64,000 nucleotides of DNA, from NCBI RefSeq assembly GCF_018977255.1, contig NW_024704743.1, positions 46,440,001 through 46,504,000 on the forward strand, given 5' to 3'. The DNA is from Callorhinchus milii. Taxonomy: Eukaryota. Both the position numbers and the translations under genes were made by a program. A model generated the notes under the pieces. That model was not told the origin of the DNA. It worked only from the letters and a program-made list of their open reading frames with translations, and made no database searches. Shown piece after piece: positions 1 to 11,682 of the stretch; within the stretch, counting starts at the first letter, position 1, and the number at the start of each line of letters is the position of its first letter.

Positions 1-61
1 CTTGAGATTTCAGTTGTGCTTTACCTTCCTAAGCATACCTTGAATGCCTGGAACAGGTAAC

Positions 62-425
62 AGAAGATATGTTTGGTTTTCATGCGTGAAGTTTCCATCT
101 ACATCACCTTCACATCACTGGCATGCAATCCGAAGTCTTAAAAACAGAGCATTCACCCTTCAGTGAAGAAATCTAATAATTTTTCTTTGAGGTTCACTTT
201 GAAGTAGAGGCAACTGAAGTGAGAAATCTGTTTCTGCAGATTGGTTGAGTGATCAGTTTGAATGCTTTAAGAAGTCTCCCTTCCACAAATCTGTCATACT
301 GTCTTTCAACCATCTTTTCATATGTCGGTCAGTATGAACTGCAGCTTCATCCATGACTATCTTGGTGTCCAGCACAAGAAGGTCATTATGTTCCTCATTA
401 AAGGGGGCTGTCATGTTTCTCAATG
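62..425 (-). mobile_element. Academ-type DNA transposase fragment, degraded
   Basis: Frameshifted translation PFNEEHNDLLVLDTKIVMDEAAV...QYDRFVEGRL...LFLRLRIACQ*CEGDVDGNFTHENQ resembles Academ motifs (LFSRLYIACQ...FF.HENQ). A second copy lies at 7597-8016. Confidence 0.7.
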
Positions 426-599
426 GCAGACACATGGGAAGACTATGGCCTTCATCAGCCAAGTTTCTAACACATCAAAGAAAACCATCACTATGCTTAG
501 GAGTATCCAAACCAAACTACTGATAGTTCTACGTATGCATGGAAAAATCAGTTTGTCTGGAATGAGATACTGACTCTCTCTCTCTGCCTCTCTGAAGGA

Positions 600-1200
600 A
601 CGAGCTCTGCTCACCTAAAGCTGGCATGTTTTTGAGTGGGAGTAATCCTTGCACCCAGTGACTGGTCTGGCCCTTTAGGAGTCCTGCTGATGAGCCAGGC
701 TAACTGGTCCAGTTCTGCAGAGTAATGCATATGTGGCTGGCTCAGGAACGTGTCTACCGAAATCAGCACTCAGGATCATCCCAATTGCCAGTCAAGTCAT
801 CTAAGTCCAAAAGAGCATGTTCTTCCCTCCCAACAAAGAAGATAGCAGGAAAACTGTACAATGTATCTTGTTCATTATTGTATCTCTGTCATTGCCATAA
901 ATTCTGTGTTTTTACTGAATGCCACATTTTGGATGACATTATCTTTTGAAGTGTGGGTGCTAGTTTAGGGCACTGATGCCCCCATGCTACGAGAGCATTC
1001 GTACCCCCAAAGTACTGTGCCATGCTGAGCATGATATTTACCATATTCCAAATATCAGTTCCAAATTTAATCTGTGCTGTCAACCTGAAGGACTGCACTG
1101 AAACCCAATAGGTGGGAGAGGATAACAATCAGGCCTATGATTAATCCCGTGGGAGAATTTCATGCTGTCAAAATACTTCAGAAAAGCTTTCTCGGTGTTT
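600..1200 (+). mobile_element. Possible Academ C-terminal and subterminal remnant
   Basis: Weak residues (LAPSDW, NWSSSAE, LCHC) recall the Academ XPG/Cys-rich end. Adjacent to the transposase fragment. Very degraded. Confidence 0.25.
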
Positions 1201-1989
1201 GGATAAAATAGAATCACCACTACAAACATAAATTATAAACACGCTTATTATAACACCTTGAGCTATATTGAGGAGGGCTTTGAATTAGTTTCATTAAGTC
1301 AAAGTAAATTAAAGAATGATAACCCTAACATGTGAAAAAGACTGTGATAAAAAAAGTGTTGACAGACATTTGAGTTTTAGTTTTGAGGGAAGGGGAGTTT
1401 CTGGGAAGCTTCTGCTTTGAGACCGACTGAGCGTTTCCTCAGAAGTTATTATTATTGTTTAAATTGAGTCCCAGTTAAGCCTTTGAGAACGGACTATCCA
1501 AATACAAATGAAGTGTCATTGGCCAAGAGGACATTTTTCCTGAATGAGCTGAGTATCAAGGGAAATGACTTTGACGTTTCAGATCCTTTGATTTCCTCCC
1601 TAGAAGATATCTCCACAGCTGGAAATAACCACTCCATTGGGCCTGGAGCCAATGATTATAGGAATCCAAAGATTAAAAGAAGCATCGAAAGTAAATGGCC
1701 TGTTTTACAAATGTTGTGCATTCACTTTACAACTTCTGAACTATTGATAAGGACCCGTCGGCTGGAAAATAAAGTGGAGGAAAAAGTATGAATGTTGATC
1801 AGCTTTACCTGGGTCATAACTTTAGGTCAACTTTCTCTCCACCATTGCTTCTTACTTTATTCTCCAGAATATTTTCATTGTGTTAATTGTTACTGTTAAG
1901 ATAATTCTCATTACTCTCCTTTGCACTGCCTCTAGGTCCTGAGTAACATCTTTCTGTCGTGGCGACCATGGCTGTATTTGGTACACTAA

Positions 1990-2222
1990 GCTCAGAGGCT
2001 GCTTTAAGGAAGTGTATCAGATTTTAAAGGGAACTGAATAAATTTAGAGCAATATTTTCAGATTCACTGAGACAGAAGAACAAGTGGACACAAATTCAAC
2101 ATTGCAAAGTACAATTTTAGGACTGACACCAGGAAGTATTTCTTTGCCCAGAGGGTAATTAATGACTGGGACATTATTAGGGATGTTGAGGTCACTCTGC
2201 TAGACTCATTTAAGAAACAACA
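1990..2222 (+). mobile_element. CR1 LINE 3' fragment
   Basis: gaacaagtggacacaaattcaa...aggaagtatttctttgcccagagggtaattaat, equivalent to the RTRGH..K..RKYFF.QRV.N C-terminal motif. Confidence 0.75.
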
Positions 2223-2252
2223 ACAAAATTACACCTTTCTCATCGAGAGGAT

Positions 2253-3060
2253 GTTGACATTCAAGTGCAGGAAGTTAACTCTCGTGCAGGACTTGATGTC
2301 TGACAGTCTGTGAGCACAGCAGTGGTCCTGGATTGAGGGTGGAGGCAAAGAGGTAGAGTTGGATGTTATCCGCTAACATATGGAAGTTGACCCCATGTCT
2401 GTGGATGATGTCACCAAGGGGGAGCACACACATATTGAAAAGGACAAAGCCTTGAGGGACACCACACATGACGGTGCAGGGGCTGGAGGAGAAGCTGTTA
2501 GTGGAGACAAAGTGGAGATGGTGGGAGAAGTAGGATTCAAATCAGGCGATGGCAAGTTTGCAAAGATTGAGCTGAGAGGAGAGGCAGTGTAGGAGGATAG
2601 AGTGATCAACAGTGTTGAAGGCAACAGAGAGGTCAAGGAGGCCAAGGAGGCAGAGAGAGCCCTGGTCGCAGATGTTCAGAATGTTGCTAGTGACTTTGAC
2701 CAGGGCTGTTTATGATTGGAGGGGTTCAGAAAGTGAATGGCGAGAGAGGAAACAGGGTGACTCGTTCCAGGGCTTTGAAGAAGAATAGGAGGTTGGAGAT
2801 GGGGTGATAGCTGGAGTGTAGGGATGGGTCCAGGGAAGGTTTTTTGAGGGTGAGGGTGATGACATCTGTTTTTAGGGGAGTGGGAACAGTTCCAGTGGAT
2901 AAGGAGAGGTTGATGGTGTTGCTTAAAAGAGGGCCCAGGAAGTGGAGCTGGGAGGTGAGGAGAAGGGTGGGGATGGGGTTCCAGGGAGCAGGTAGTGGGC
3001 TTCATTTTTGAAATGATGGAGGTGAGGGAAGAGGAGGAGACAGGGTGGAAGGTGTATAGG
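2253..3060 (-). mobile_element. L2 LINE reverse-transcriptase fragment
   Basis: ORF pieces KPTTCSLEP and CGVPQGFVL...[19 protein letters not shown] are homologous to the L2 at 20301-22680. Confidence 0.9.
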
Positions 3061-3232
3061 GAGGGAATACTGCAATAGGAGAATGGTAGGTTGGGTATTC
3101 TAGAAGGATGAGAGCAGATGGGCTGAAAGGACCGTCATCGGAACCTATCTTGTGATCTTGTGCATTATAATTATCACACTGAATTTGTTAAGAGTCATCA
3201 GAATTTCACACAATAACTAGTACCTGGTTTTA

Positions 3233-3440
3233 TAATAATAATAATAATCTTTGCATTTGATATAGCGCTTTTTCACGTCTTCTAGCCATCTCAAAACGCT
3301 TCACAGAATAGACTGTAAAGTGAATTGACTATATTTTTTGAGGGTGAAATGCAGCAACCAATTGCGCACAGCAGTGTCCCACAAACAGCCATGGTTTGAA
3401 GTGACCAATTTATTATTTTTTTTATTTTTCTTGAGGGATT
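3233..3440 (-). mobile_element. Deu-domain SINE, 3' part
   Basis: (TAA)n followed by the reverse complement of the L2-like tail and Deu core (caattgcgcacagcagtgtcccacaaacag). Confidence 0.85.
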
Positions 3441-3934
3441 ATTATCATAGCTTTGTGTGTAACTGGCACAGTGGTCGGAGATTTAAGCACTACAGTTGGT
3501 TTAAATCTCCCATTGCAACAATAGGTTGCAGCTTCACAGATTAGTGGCTTAATTTAATCAGTAACCTGCGAAGAAGCAGTCAAGCATCCGGCCTGGATTG
3601 AGGACAGGAATTTCAGTGGCAATCTGAGATGGTGGCCCAGAATTCTATAATTGGCTTCTGGCTAATGTGCCATAATCAGGGGAGCCGAGCGAGAATTCAC
3701 ACCTTGAACCCAGTCAGTAATTATCAGCTGAAATGCCCAATGTTCAGTAACAAATTGTCAGTGTGATAATTGCCTATTGGTGCACTGGAGAGAGATCAGA
3801 GAAGAGCCGAGTAACATTGAGAAGAGTTGATTCTGTGGTTTCAAGCTCTAAACCATGACAGTGGAGTCACAGTATTGAATCGGTTTTTATTAGAAATAAG
3901 AACAACTGAGAGAAGCCATGATCCAGAATGTTAA

Positions 3935-4160
3935 ATTGCTGAGAGTAATGATTATTGTAGATACAAACAGGTTGTTTCCCTTAAACTATGATTGGAAAAC
4001 TACAGGATACAAGTACAAAATTACCAAGCCTCAAGCAAGACTAGGGATTAGATTTTTCCCCCACAGAGTAGTGGACATATTGTATGAGGTATAGATTCCC
4101 AGTTGACACAGTTATCACTATGTTGATTCATTTATTTTAAAAGTTCTGGATGAATATAAT
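3935..4160 (+). mobile_element. CR1 LINE 3' fragment
   Basis: acaggttgtttccctt...acaggatacaagtacaaaatt...tttttccccacagagtagtggac, a degraded CR1 C-terminus. Confidence 0.6.
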
Positions 4161-4194
4161 AATAATATTATATAACAATAATAATGATACAACA

Positions 4195-4320
4195 ATCCTT
4201 ACATTTGATATAGCAACTTATCATGTTGTTTCAAAACTCTTCCCAGAAATACTGTGAAGTGTAGTGGCTGTGTTGTTTTAGGTGAATGTGCCAGCCAATT
4301 TGTGCATAGTAATTTTCCAC
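4195..4320 (-). mobile_element. SINE tail
   Basis: atccttacatttgatatagc...cagccaatttgtgcatag matches the family tail. Confidence 0.75.
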
Positions 4321-4330
4321 TATGAATAGT

Positions 4331-4394
4331 CAGCGCTTTGGGACGTCCTCCCGACGTGAAAGGCGCTCTATAAATGGAATCTTCTTGTTGTTGT
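4331..4394 (+). mobile_element. Very short young L2 3' end
   Basis: cagcgctttgggacgtcctcccgacgtgaaaggcgctctataaatggaatcttcttgttgttg is nearly identical to the tails of the young L2 copies at 20301 and 51132. Confidence 0.85.
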
Positions 4395-4729
4395 CAATTT
4401 ATGGATTGTTGGCTGGAAAAACTCCCCTTCTCAATCGCTAGAAAACACTTGTTGATTAAAAATTATGAATTATGAATTAATTTTGTGTCCTGTCAAAACA
4501 CAAATGAATTGGATCCTAATGAACCCAGTGTTGGGACTGAAGGGTATAAGAATAGACAAAAAAAGTCACATGCTCTCTAGGGGCGATAGTTCCAGTGCTG
4601 CAGGCTTCTATAAATATGACTGATTAGAGTTATAAATGGTATGGATTGTAAGGTTAGATTTATGTAATCTAGAGTGTCAGAGTGTGAGGGACAGGTAGAA
4701 ATCTCACCAAGTGATACACTTGCCTGCTT

Positions 4730-4990
4730 ATCCGTCCTTCGAATAAGACATTCGACCAAGGGCCTGTCTGCCTGTTCAGATGGATGCTAAAGATTCCATA
4801 ACATTATTCGAGAAAAAGAAGGGAGATTCTCTTTCCCGACATCCTGGCCACCAATCCCACAATTGTAATGAGTCATTCACTACATGGCTATTTGTGGGAC
4901 ATTGCCATATGTAGTTTGGTTGCTGCATTCACCGACACTATACAGTCACTGCACTTTACAGTATATCATGTAAAATGAATTGAGATATTC
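4730..4990 (+). mobile_element. Older Deu-domain SINE (SacSINE1-like)
   Basis: gtctgcctgttcagatggatgctaaagattcc...tttgtgggacattgcc...ggttgctgcatt...cagtcactgcactttacag. Confidence 0.75.
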
Positions 4991-5594
4991 TCCAAATGTA
5001 TATTCTCCAATTTGTGATGAGCTGAGAGTGACGTTGTGTTTCAGATTTTCTTCTGTTTTTTGGATTTATTCACTCGCAATAGACTTAGATTCTAAAACAT
5101 TTTGAAATACTTGTCATGACATTCAGATCAATATGTTTTTTAAATCTTCAACACCATAACAAAATGTAGTTACACATAAGGTAATTATAAAACCATCGAT
5201 ATCGAGAGACCACATCTATCACTATAAATTCTGAATTAAAGAGTTAACTGCCTATGAAGCATTTTGAGATGTTCCAGCAATATAAACGACTATGAATTGT
5301 AAGTTCTGTCTTTACCTGTGTGATGAATATAACCTGTGTTAATGATACTATCTGCGTCATGTTAATAGTTTTGCAATACAGCCAGTGTAAAGGCCAATAA
5401 AATGAGTCATGTCACTTTACAACTGATTTTTGGCATGGAATATGACAGTAACACATTTGGAAATGATTCAGAACTGATGTTTATTACATAGTAATAATGC
5501 ATATTAAATATTGTTCTCAAACAGAATTGCATTGCTTTAAAATTTAGATTGACAGCCTAACTAAACCGTTGCTACTTATTCCCTGAATTCTTAC

Positions 5595-5795
5595 TTACCC
5601 TTTTCCTAAATTACTTTGCTGCTTTCCTGAAGAGATTAGACTCTTGTGGAATACAATTTTAAAAGTGCTGATTGCTGTCAGAAAGTCTTGATGTGGAATC
5701 CTACATAGTAATTATTGTCAGGCTGTTTGGTCACAGGAAGCGTCATAACTGAGGCCAAACCTATCCTCACCATCCATGCACATCTTTCCAGCAAG
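5595..5795 (-). mobile_element. Unclassified SINE-like repeat, same family as 32025-32540
   Basis: Reverse complement shares the caaacagcctgac and cttcaggaaag...aattt motifs with the 32 kb copy. Confidence 0.5.
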
Positions 5796-5799
5796 TCTA

Positions 5800-6030
5800 G
5801 TGCTCTTCAGTCTTGAGAGAAGATGATTTGGAGGGGACACCTTAGCGGTGTATAACATTTTAAATGGAATTGAAAAAGTAAACCCACATCACTACGTTAG
5901 GATGAACCAAGACAGAAGACAAGAGGACATAGGTTAGAGTTCAAAGGGCAATTTCGGGACAGACACCCAGAAGTTTTTGCTTACTCAGAGAGTAATCAAC
6001 AACTGCAACAGGTTGCCAGGAAAGATGGTT
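5800..6030 (+). mobile_element. CR1 LINE 3' fragment
   Basis: ctcttcagtcttgagagaagatgatttggaggggacacc (LFSLERR.L.GD) ... gacaagaggacatagg ... actcagagagtaatcaac. Confidence 0.8.
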
Positions 6031-6033
6031 AGT

Positions 6034-6290
6034 GGTAGCTTAGTGGTTAGAGCATTCGCTTCACTAGCAAGAGGCACTGGGTTTGATTCCCGGCAGGGCA
6101 AAACGTTAGGCAAGTGTTCTTAACCCACACGCTTCTGGTTATCTAGCAGTAAGTAGGAATTTTCTTGTCAGTCGTTTGGTGGATCGGTTTTCCGGGAGCA
6201 ATAAACCCTTCAAAAAAAAAAAAAAATTTGATCACTCAGTCCATGTCTGTTTGTGGGACACTGCTGTGTGCAATTGGATAGCATGAATGG
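6034..6290 (+). mobile_element. tRNA-derived Deu SINE, 3'-truncated
   Basis: Box A tagcttagtggttagagca, box B gggtttgattccc, then the Deu core ctgtttgtgggacactgctgtgtgcaattgg. Confidence 0.85.
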
Positions 6291-6476
6291 CAATCTGAGC
6301 CTGAAACATCTCATGGTCTTATTATTAAGAACATTGTCTTGAAAGTAAAGGTTGAGCAGAATTTCAGAGAATTCTTGAATTCAGTCTTAATTTGGATGTT
6401 AGACGCTATATGAATGCAAGTTGTTGTTCCTAATTTCACTCTTACCTTTCCAAACGTCTCCACTTTGCATCTACCA

Positions 6477-7467
6477 ATGGGGTTAACTTCCACATATATG
6501 CGGATGACACCCAACTCTATCTCTCTGCCTCCACTCTCGATTCCAGGACCACCGCTGTCCTGACAGAATGTCTGTCAGACAACATGTCCTGGATGAGAAC
6601 TAACTTTCTACAATTGAATGTCAACAAGAGAGAAGGCCTCCTGATTGTCTTCCATCTCACCCTAGGCACTGACAGCATCAGTATATATGAATCAGTATTC
6701 CACCTCACTGAGCCAGTATGGAACCCCGGTGTCTTGTTCAATTCTGAACTGTCCTTTGAACCCCAAATTCATGCCTTGACCTGATCAGCATCCTTCCACC
6801 TCTGCAACATTGCCGGCCTCCGCCACTGTCTCTACTCTTGGGCTGCTGAGACCTTCATCCATGCTTTCATCATATCCAGGCTTGACTAATGCTGACTACC
6901 TGCTCATCGGACTTCCCAATTCTTTCCTCCACAAGCTGCAGACTATTCAGAAATCTGCAGCTCGGGTAGCCTCCTGCATGAGGCTCCATGAACCGATCAC
7001 CTCCATCGTTGCCCAGCTTCACTGGCTCCCCATCTCCCAGAGGATTAAGTTTGAGATCCTCATCCTCTCTTTCAATGCCCTCCACAGTCTTGCTCCTCCC
7101 TATCTCCGTGACTAAAACTATACCAACCTGCCTGCTGCTCTCTCCACTCGGTGGGCATTGGCCTGCTCCATGTCCCCCGTACTGCCTGCCCCATCATCGG
7201 CGGTCGGGCCTTCAGCTTTTCTGCCCCCACCCTCTGGAACTCTGTTCTAGAATCGTACCACCTCGCCCTGCCTCTTTCCTCCTTTAAGGCCAATCTCAAC
7301 ACCTTCCTCTTTGATCTTCAGTCATCCTCCCACCCCCAACCCCTTTCCCTCAACCCTTCTTGATTCCAATCCCAGCTCATCTGCAAACCCTTGACTGTCC
7401 AGCACCTTGGAATGTCCTCCTGATGTGAATGGCGCTATATAAATTGAAATTTGTTGTTTGTTGTTGT
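6477..7467 (+). mobile_element. 5'-truncated L2 LINE, about 1 kb
   Basis: Begins at GVNFHIYADD, includes LHWLPISQRIKFEIL and GGRAFSFSAPTLWNS, ends in a stem-loop tail and (TTG)n. Confidence 0.95.
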
Positions 7468-7596
7468 CCAAATACCCTCCTTTTGTGCTGCAACTGTTTT
7501 AGTTCTATGCCGCCACGCTAAAATTGCACCAATAAAATATTAGCTTTTTCATTTCTTGCAAAAATTTACAAAATAACATTTTTAATAACAAAAATG

Positions 7597-8016
7597 TTTT
7601 CTGGATTGCCAATCGAGCAAGCCCATGAATAGAATAATGCCTTTTGCAAGGGATATGGGTGAGTAATTGGCCTCACTGAAAATCAACAGCTCTGGGAAGA
7701 AGGTAGACATCAAGATAGTCATGGATGAAGCTGCAGCTCACACTGTCTTGACATATGGAAAAGATGGCTAAAGAACAGTATGACAGATTTGTGGAAGAGA
7801 GACTTGTTAAAGCATCCAGACTGATCACACAACCAATCTGTGGAAACAAGTTTACTCGCTTCAGTTGGCTCTACTTCAAAGTCAACTTCAAAGCAAAAGC
7901 TTTAGCTTCCTTCACTGAGGAGCGCATGTGCTCTATTTTCAAGACTGCATACCAGTGATGTGAGGGTGATACAGACAAATTCTTCACGTATGAGAACTAA
8001 ACATATCTTCCATCTC
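7597..8016 (+). mobile_element. Academ-type DNA transposase fragment with internal deletion
   Basis: FSGLPIEQAHE*NNAFCKG.G.VIGLTEN (DQAHEQNN-type motif) joined to DIKIVMDEAA...QYDRFVEERLV. Aligns by eye with the inverted copy at 62-365. Confidence 0.75.
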
Positions 8017-8084
8017 CCACTTAGTTAAGAAAAAGGTATCTAGGAAAGCAACATTAAATTGGAATACAGGGTATGAAAGCAATA

Positions 8085-8216
8085 GGCAAAATGTTGCAGA
8101 CACTGGAAATCTGAAATAAAAACAGAAGTCACTGGGAACATGCAGCAGGTCAGGCAGCATCTATGGAGAGAGGAGAATGAATTAACGTTTCAGGTCGATG
8201 ACCTTTCATCAGAAAT
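8085..8216 (-). mobile_element. Penelope-like element terminal fragment with a minimal hammerhead core
   Basis: Matches the terminus at 26660-26760, which is attached to a GIY-YIG-type ORF end. Minus strand reads CTGATGA-a-aggtc-atc-gacct-GAAAcgtt. Confidence 0.75.
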
Positions 8217-8221
8217 GAGGG

Positions 8222-8325
8222 ATAATAATAATCCTTGTATTTGATATAGCGCCTTATCACGTCTTCGAGACGTCTCAAAGCACTTTGCAGAATATACTGT
8301 AAAGTGATTTGAATGTATATTTTCT
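8222..8325 (-). mobile_element. SINE tail
   Basis: (TAA)n ccttgtatttgatatagcgcc...cagaatatactgtaaagtg. Confidence 0.85.
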
Positions 8326-8539
8326 GGGATATTGGAAGGGAGCAGATTATGAAGACAAGCATAGAAGGGAGCAAGGAAAGAAAGACAAAGGAAAAACGTA
8401 GGTGGAGGACAGGCGATGATGAGAGGCAAAGAAGATGAAAAATGTATGTGGAGGACAGGAGATGAAAAAGCCCAAAGCAATGTCTTTGCTCTAGTACACA
8501 CCAAATAGCATGATCACACTGAGGTGTCAATTTGACTTG

Positions 8540-8745
8540 ATTGGTGATTCTCTCACCTTTCAGTTGATAGTACTCTCTTCCCACTCAGGACTCGTTCTCA
8601 TAGACTAGACTGAAATACTGAAATTCCAGTGCAGTATTTGGGGACTGATATGCCGTCCTTTGGTTGAAACATTAAACCAAGATGCCAAATGTGTTCAAAT
8701 GGATGTTAAAGTTTCACACGACACTATTGAAGAAAAGATGAAATA
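8540..8745 (+). mobile_element. Old SacSINE1-like SINE fragment
   Basis: ccagtgcagtatttgggga...gccgtcctttggttgaaacattaaaccaag...ggatgttaaag...cactattgaag. Confidence 0.6.
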
Positions 8746-9504
8746 ATGTTGTGCCATTAATTTACCAAATATCTGACTAATCCCTTATTGAATGACCTCT
8801 CAGGAGCCCTTTTCGCTGTTATTACAATTCTACTTGCCCCGGTGTGTACTGATTATGGAGATGCAAGCCATCAAGCTCAGACTAATCCAATATAAAATAC
8901 TGGGAAATCATTTAAGATCCTCACAAAATAAGGACAGAATTATATCAGCAATCACACCTGCTCCTTTCCAATTACAGAATTAAGCTTTTAATTCCAAATG
9001 CTATCTGAATCTTATAAATTTAGATATATGGATATGTATGTACGCAGACTTTGTAGATAAAATAATCAAAACAGTAGAAAAAAGTTTTGCTGACGATCTC
9101 TTTTTTTCACACAGTAGAGGAACAAAAGTTATCAGTCAGGCAATCAGGCAGGTCCTCTCTGTCTCTTGGTTTGTTTTTCTCTCTCTTGTTAAGACATGCT
9201 GTTCTCTCTGATGTTCCCCGCCCTATTTGACCTCTCCAGATAAACCATTTTTGAGGTTTGCCAACCCCTAGCAAAATGTGTTTGAATTTTAACAAATCAT
9301 GTTTTTTGTGTTGTGGGATAGCTTCAATTTAGGACTTACTCAATTCAGGGTGTGAACAAGTGTTTTGTCTTTCAAATCAATTTAAGGCCTCATCTAATTC
9401 TCACCTAAGCGTGAAATGTTTGAAAAACACATTTTTTTGAACTTTTCCAAAATTAACAGGCTGGGTATTTTTTATACACTGTGGTTTGACCACATTTTAA
9501 GAAC

Positions 9505-9995
9505 CACAGAAATTTAGAGCACAGAAGAAGAGCTACCCAATCAGTCCCACTCCCCCATTCTTTCCCATATCCTTGCAAATTTTTCCTCTTCAAGTACCTA
9601 TCCAATTCCCGTTTGAAAGTTTATTGAATCTGTTTCCACCACTTTTTCAGGCAGTACATTCCAGATCGTAACAACTCTCTGTGTAAAAAAAATTCTCCTC
9701 ATCTCCCCTCTGGTTCTTTTACCAATTATCTTGAACCTATGTCCCCTGGTTACTGACCCACCTGCCAGTGGAAACTGTTTCTCCTTATCTACTCTTATCA
9801 AAACCCCTCATAATTTTGAACACCTCTATTAAATCTCACCTTAACCTTCTTTGCTCCAAGGAGAACAATCTCATCTTCCCTCATCCCTGGTACCATTCTG
9901 GTAAATCTAATCTGTACCCTCTCCAAAGCCTTGATATCCTTTCTAAAGTGTGGTGCCCAGAATTGGACACAATAATATATCTGAGGCCTAACCAG
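9505..9995 (-). mobile_element. CR1 LINE 3' end
   Basis: ORFs LVRPQIYYCVQFWAPHFRKDIKALERVQ and TRGHRFKIIGKRTRGEMRRIFFTQRVVTIWN, plus 3' UTR. Confidence 0.95.
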
Positions 9996-10417
9996 TGACT
10001 TAATTCCTGTCAAGAGCAAGCAGCAAGGTTCCCACATAACTGGCATGAGGTGAATAACCAGTGTATCTGGATGAATATTGGTCAAAAAAACTCAAAACTG
10101 TGAAGAAAACACAAAACTATGGAATTATGGACTTCCCTCAGTCTTTTTGCCCAACCATTATAGCCTTTTAAAAAGTCTTAATTGAACACAAGTTCTTTAC
10201 AATTTTTAAAAGCATTGAATCTCCTAAAATGACTTAACTAATTCTATTGCCTATACATTGAATGGGAGGTTCTCTCTGATATGATTACAGTTCTAGATTC
10301 AGCTTGCAGGCTAGAGTTACTCTGAGTTCATTGCTACTCAGCTAGACCTACCACTGAAGTGGCCTAAAGATACTGATGGCTGAATTCCTCCCCATTTCGA
10401 TTATAAGATGCAATATC

Positions 10418-10993
10418 ATAATAATAATCCTTGGATTTGATATATTGCCTTATCACTTTGTTGAGACATCTCAAAGCCCTTCACAGAATATATTGTAAAG
10501 TGAATTGACTGTATTTTGTAGGCAAAATGCAGCAGCCAATTACACACAACAGTGCCCTACATTGTGATTGAGTGACCAAATTTTTGTTTTGAGGGGTTAT
10601 TTCCCCCAGGAAGGTGAGCCACCAAGTGACTAACAACCGGGTTCCTACGCACTGCTACGTAAACAGGCTTATGGAGTAAGGAAACTTGCCTGAAGTTTCA
10701 CCCTGCCGGGAATCAAATTCAGGTCCTCTCGGTTGCAAGGAGGGTGCTTTAACAACAACAACAACAAGATTCCATTTATAAAGCGCCTTTCACATCAGGA
10801 GAACGTCCCAAGGCGCTGCACAGTTGGGTCAGGACCCGAGCAGGGGGAAATGGTCAGGGTGAGGGGAGGGAAGGGAGGGAGCGAGGACAGGGGAAATGGT
10901 CAGGGTGAGGGGAGGGAAGGGAGGGAGCAAGGAGGGGGAAGAGAGTCGAGAGGGGAGCTGAAGGCTCGGTCAAAGAGAAACTACTACACTACC
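10418..10993 (-). mobile_element. tRNA/Deu SINE interrupted in its head by a young L2 fragment
   Basis: Tail, Deu core and box B span 10418-10752. The box A remainder (actacactacc) resumes at about 10981. Confidence 0.8.
10751..10980 (-). mobile_element. Young L2 3' UTR fragment with an internal tandem duplication of about 47 bp
   Basis: Near-identical to 20301-20483 and 51132-51318. The segment 10841-10887 is repeated at 10888-10933. Confidence 0.95.
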
Positions 10994-11170
10994 CGAATCC
11001 AAGGCACCAGCAACAACATAGACACAATTTTGCACACACAAACCCACAAGCGTGCAGTCACTTTGAAGTTAAAAATCACAAAACTAGTATTAACTGTCTG
11101 AGAACATTTTCCACATACTGGACAAATTTGTGTTCTTGTGACGAAGGCCAAAATCGTAAAATGTACGATA

Positions 11171-11250
11171 CAGTGGAAGCCGGTTAAGCCGGACCCATTG
11201 GGGGCAGACGTTTTCTCTGGCTTCAGAGGTGTCCGAGGTTAGCCGAAATA
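11171..11250 (+). mobile_element. pogo/Tigger-like (Tc1/mariner) transposon end
   Basis: TA|CAGTGGAAGCCGGTTAAGCCGGAC resembles pogo-type TIRs after a TA target. No matching second TIR found. Confidence 0.5.
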
Positions 11251-11561
11251 CCATTCCCGCTCAGCAGAGGAGCCCCGCCAACACCCTATGTGAATAATGT
11301 TGTTTCACTTGAAACAATGTTAACTAACCAAATAGGACACCAAGTATTTTAACCTAGGAGTTAACAGTTAAAATCTTGTACCTCACACAATTCAGTAAAA
11401 CATATTTACCTTTGTTTGGCTGCAAAACATCAGCAGAGGAGCTTCCTCCCTCCTATTGCCGTTCCCCTTGGACAGGAAGAGTACCAATTAGAGGCGGCCT
11501 GAGGTGAATAAGCAGGAAAAACATGGGGGAGTATTTGGATACCCGATTACCAACTTCAGGA

Positions 11562-11682
11562 ACAACAACAACAACTTGTATTTATATAGCGCCCTTCACG
11601 CGGGATAGCGCAGAGCTTGTCAAATCCAGCTAAAATAAAGATGGTAGCAAGTTATATTAAATGCAAGTTGTTGTTTTTGTTA
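11562..11682. mobile_element. Two short L2 tail fragments in opposite orientation
   Basis: (AAC)n ttgtatttatatagcgccc (-) and taaatgcaagttgttgtt (+). Confidence 0.7.

Noticed and set aside
1483..1791. 102-aa ORF
   Set aside because: It has a TTG start, no recognisable domain and no convincing splice signals.
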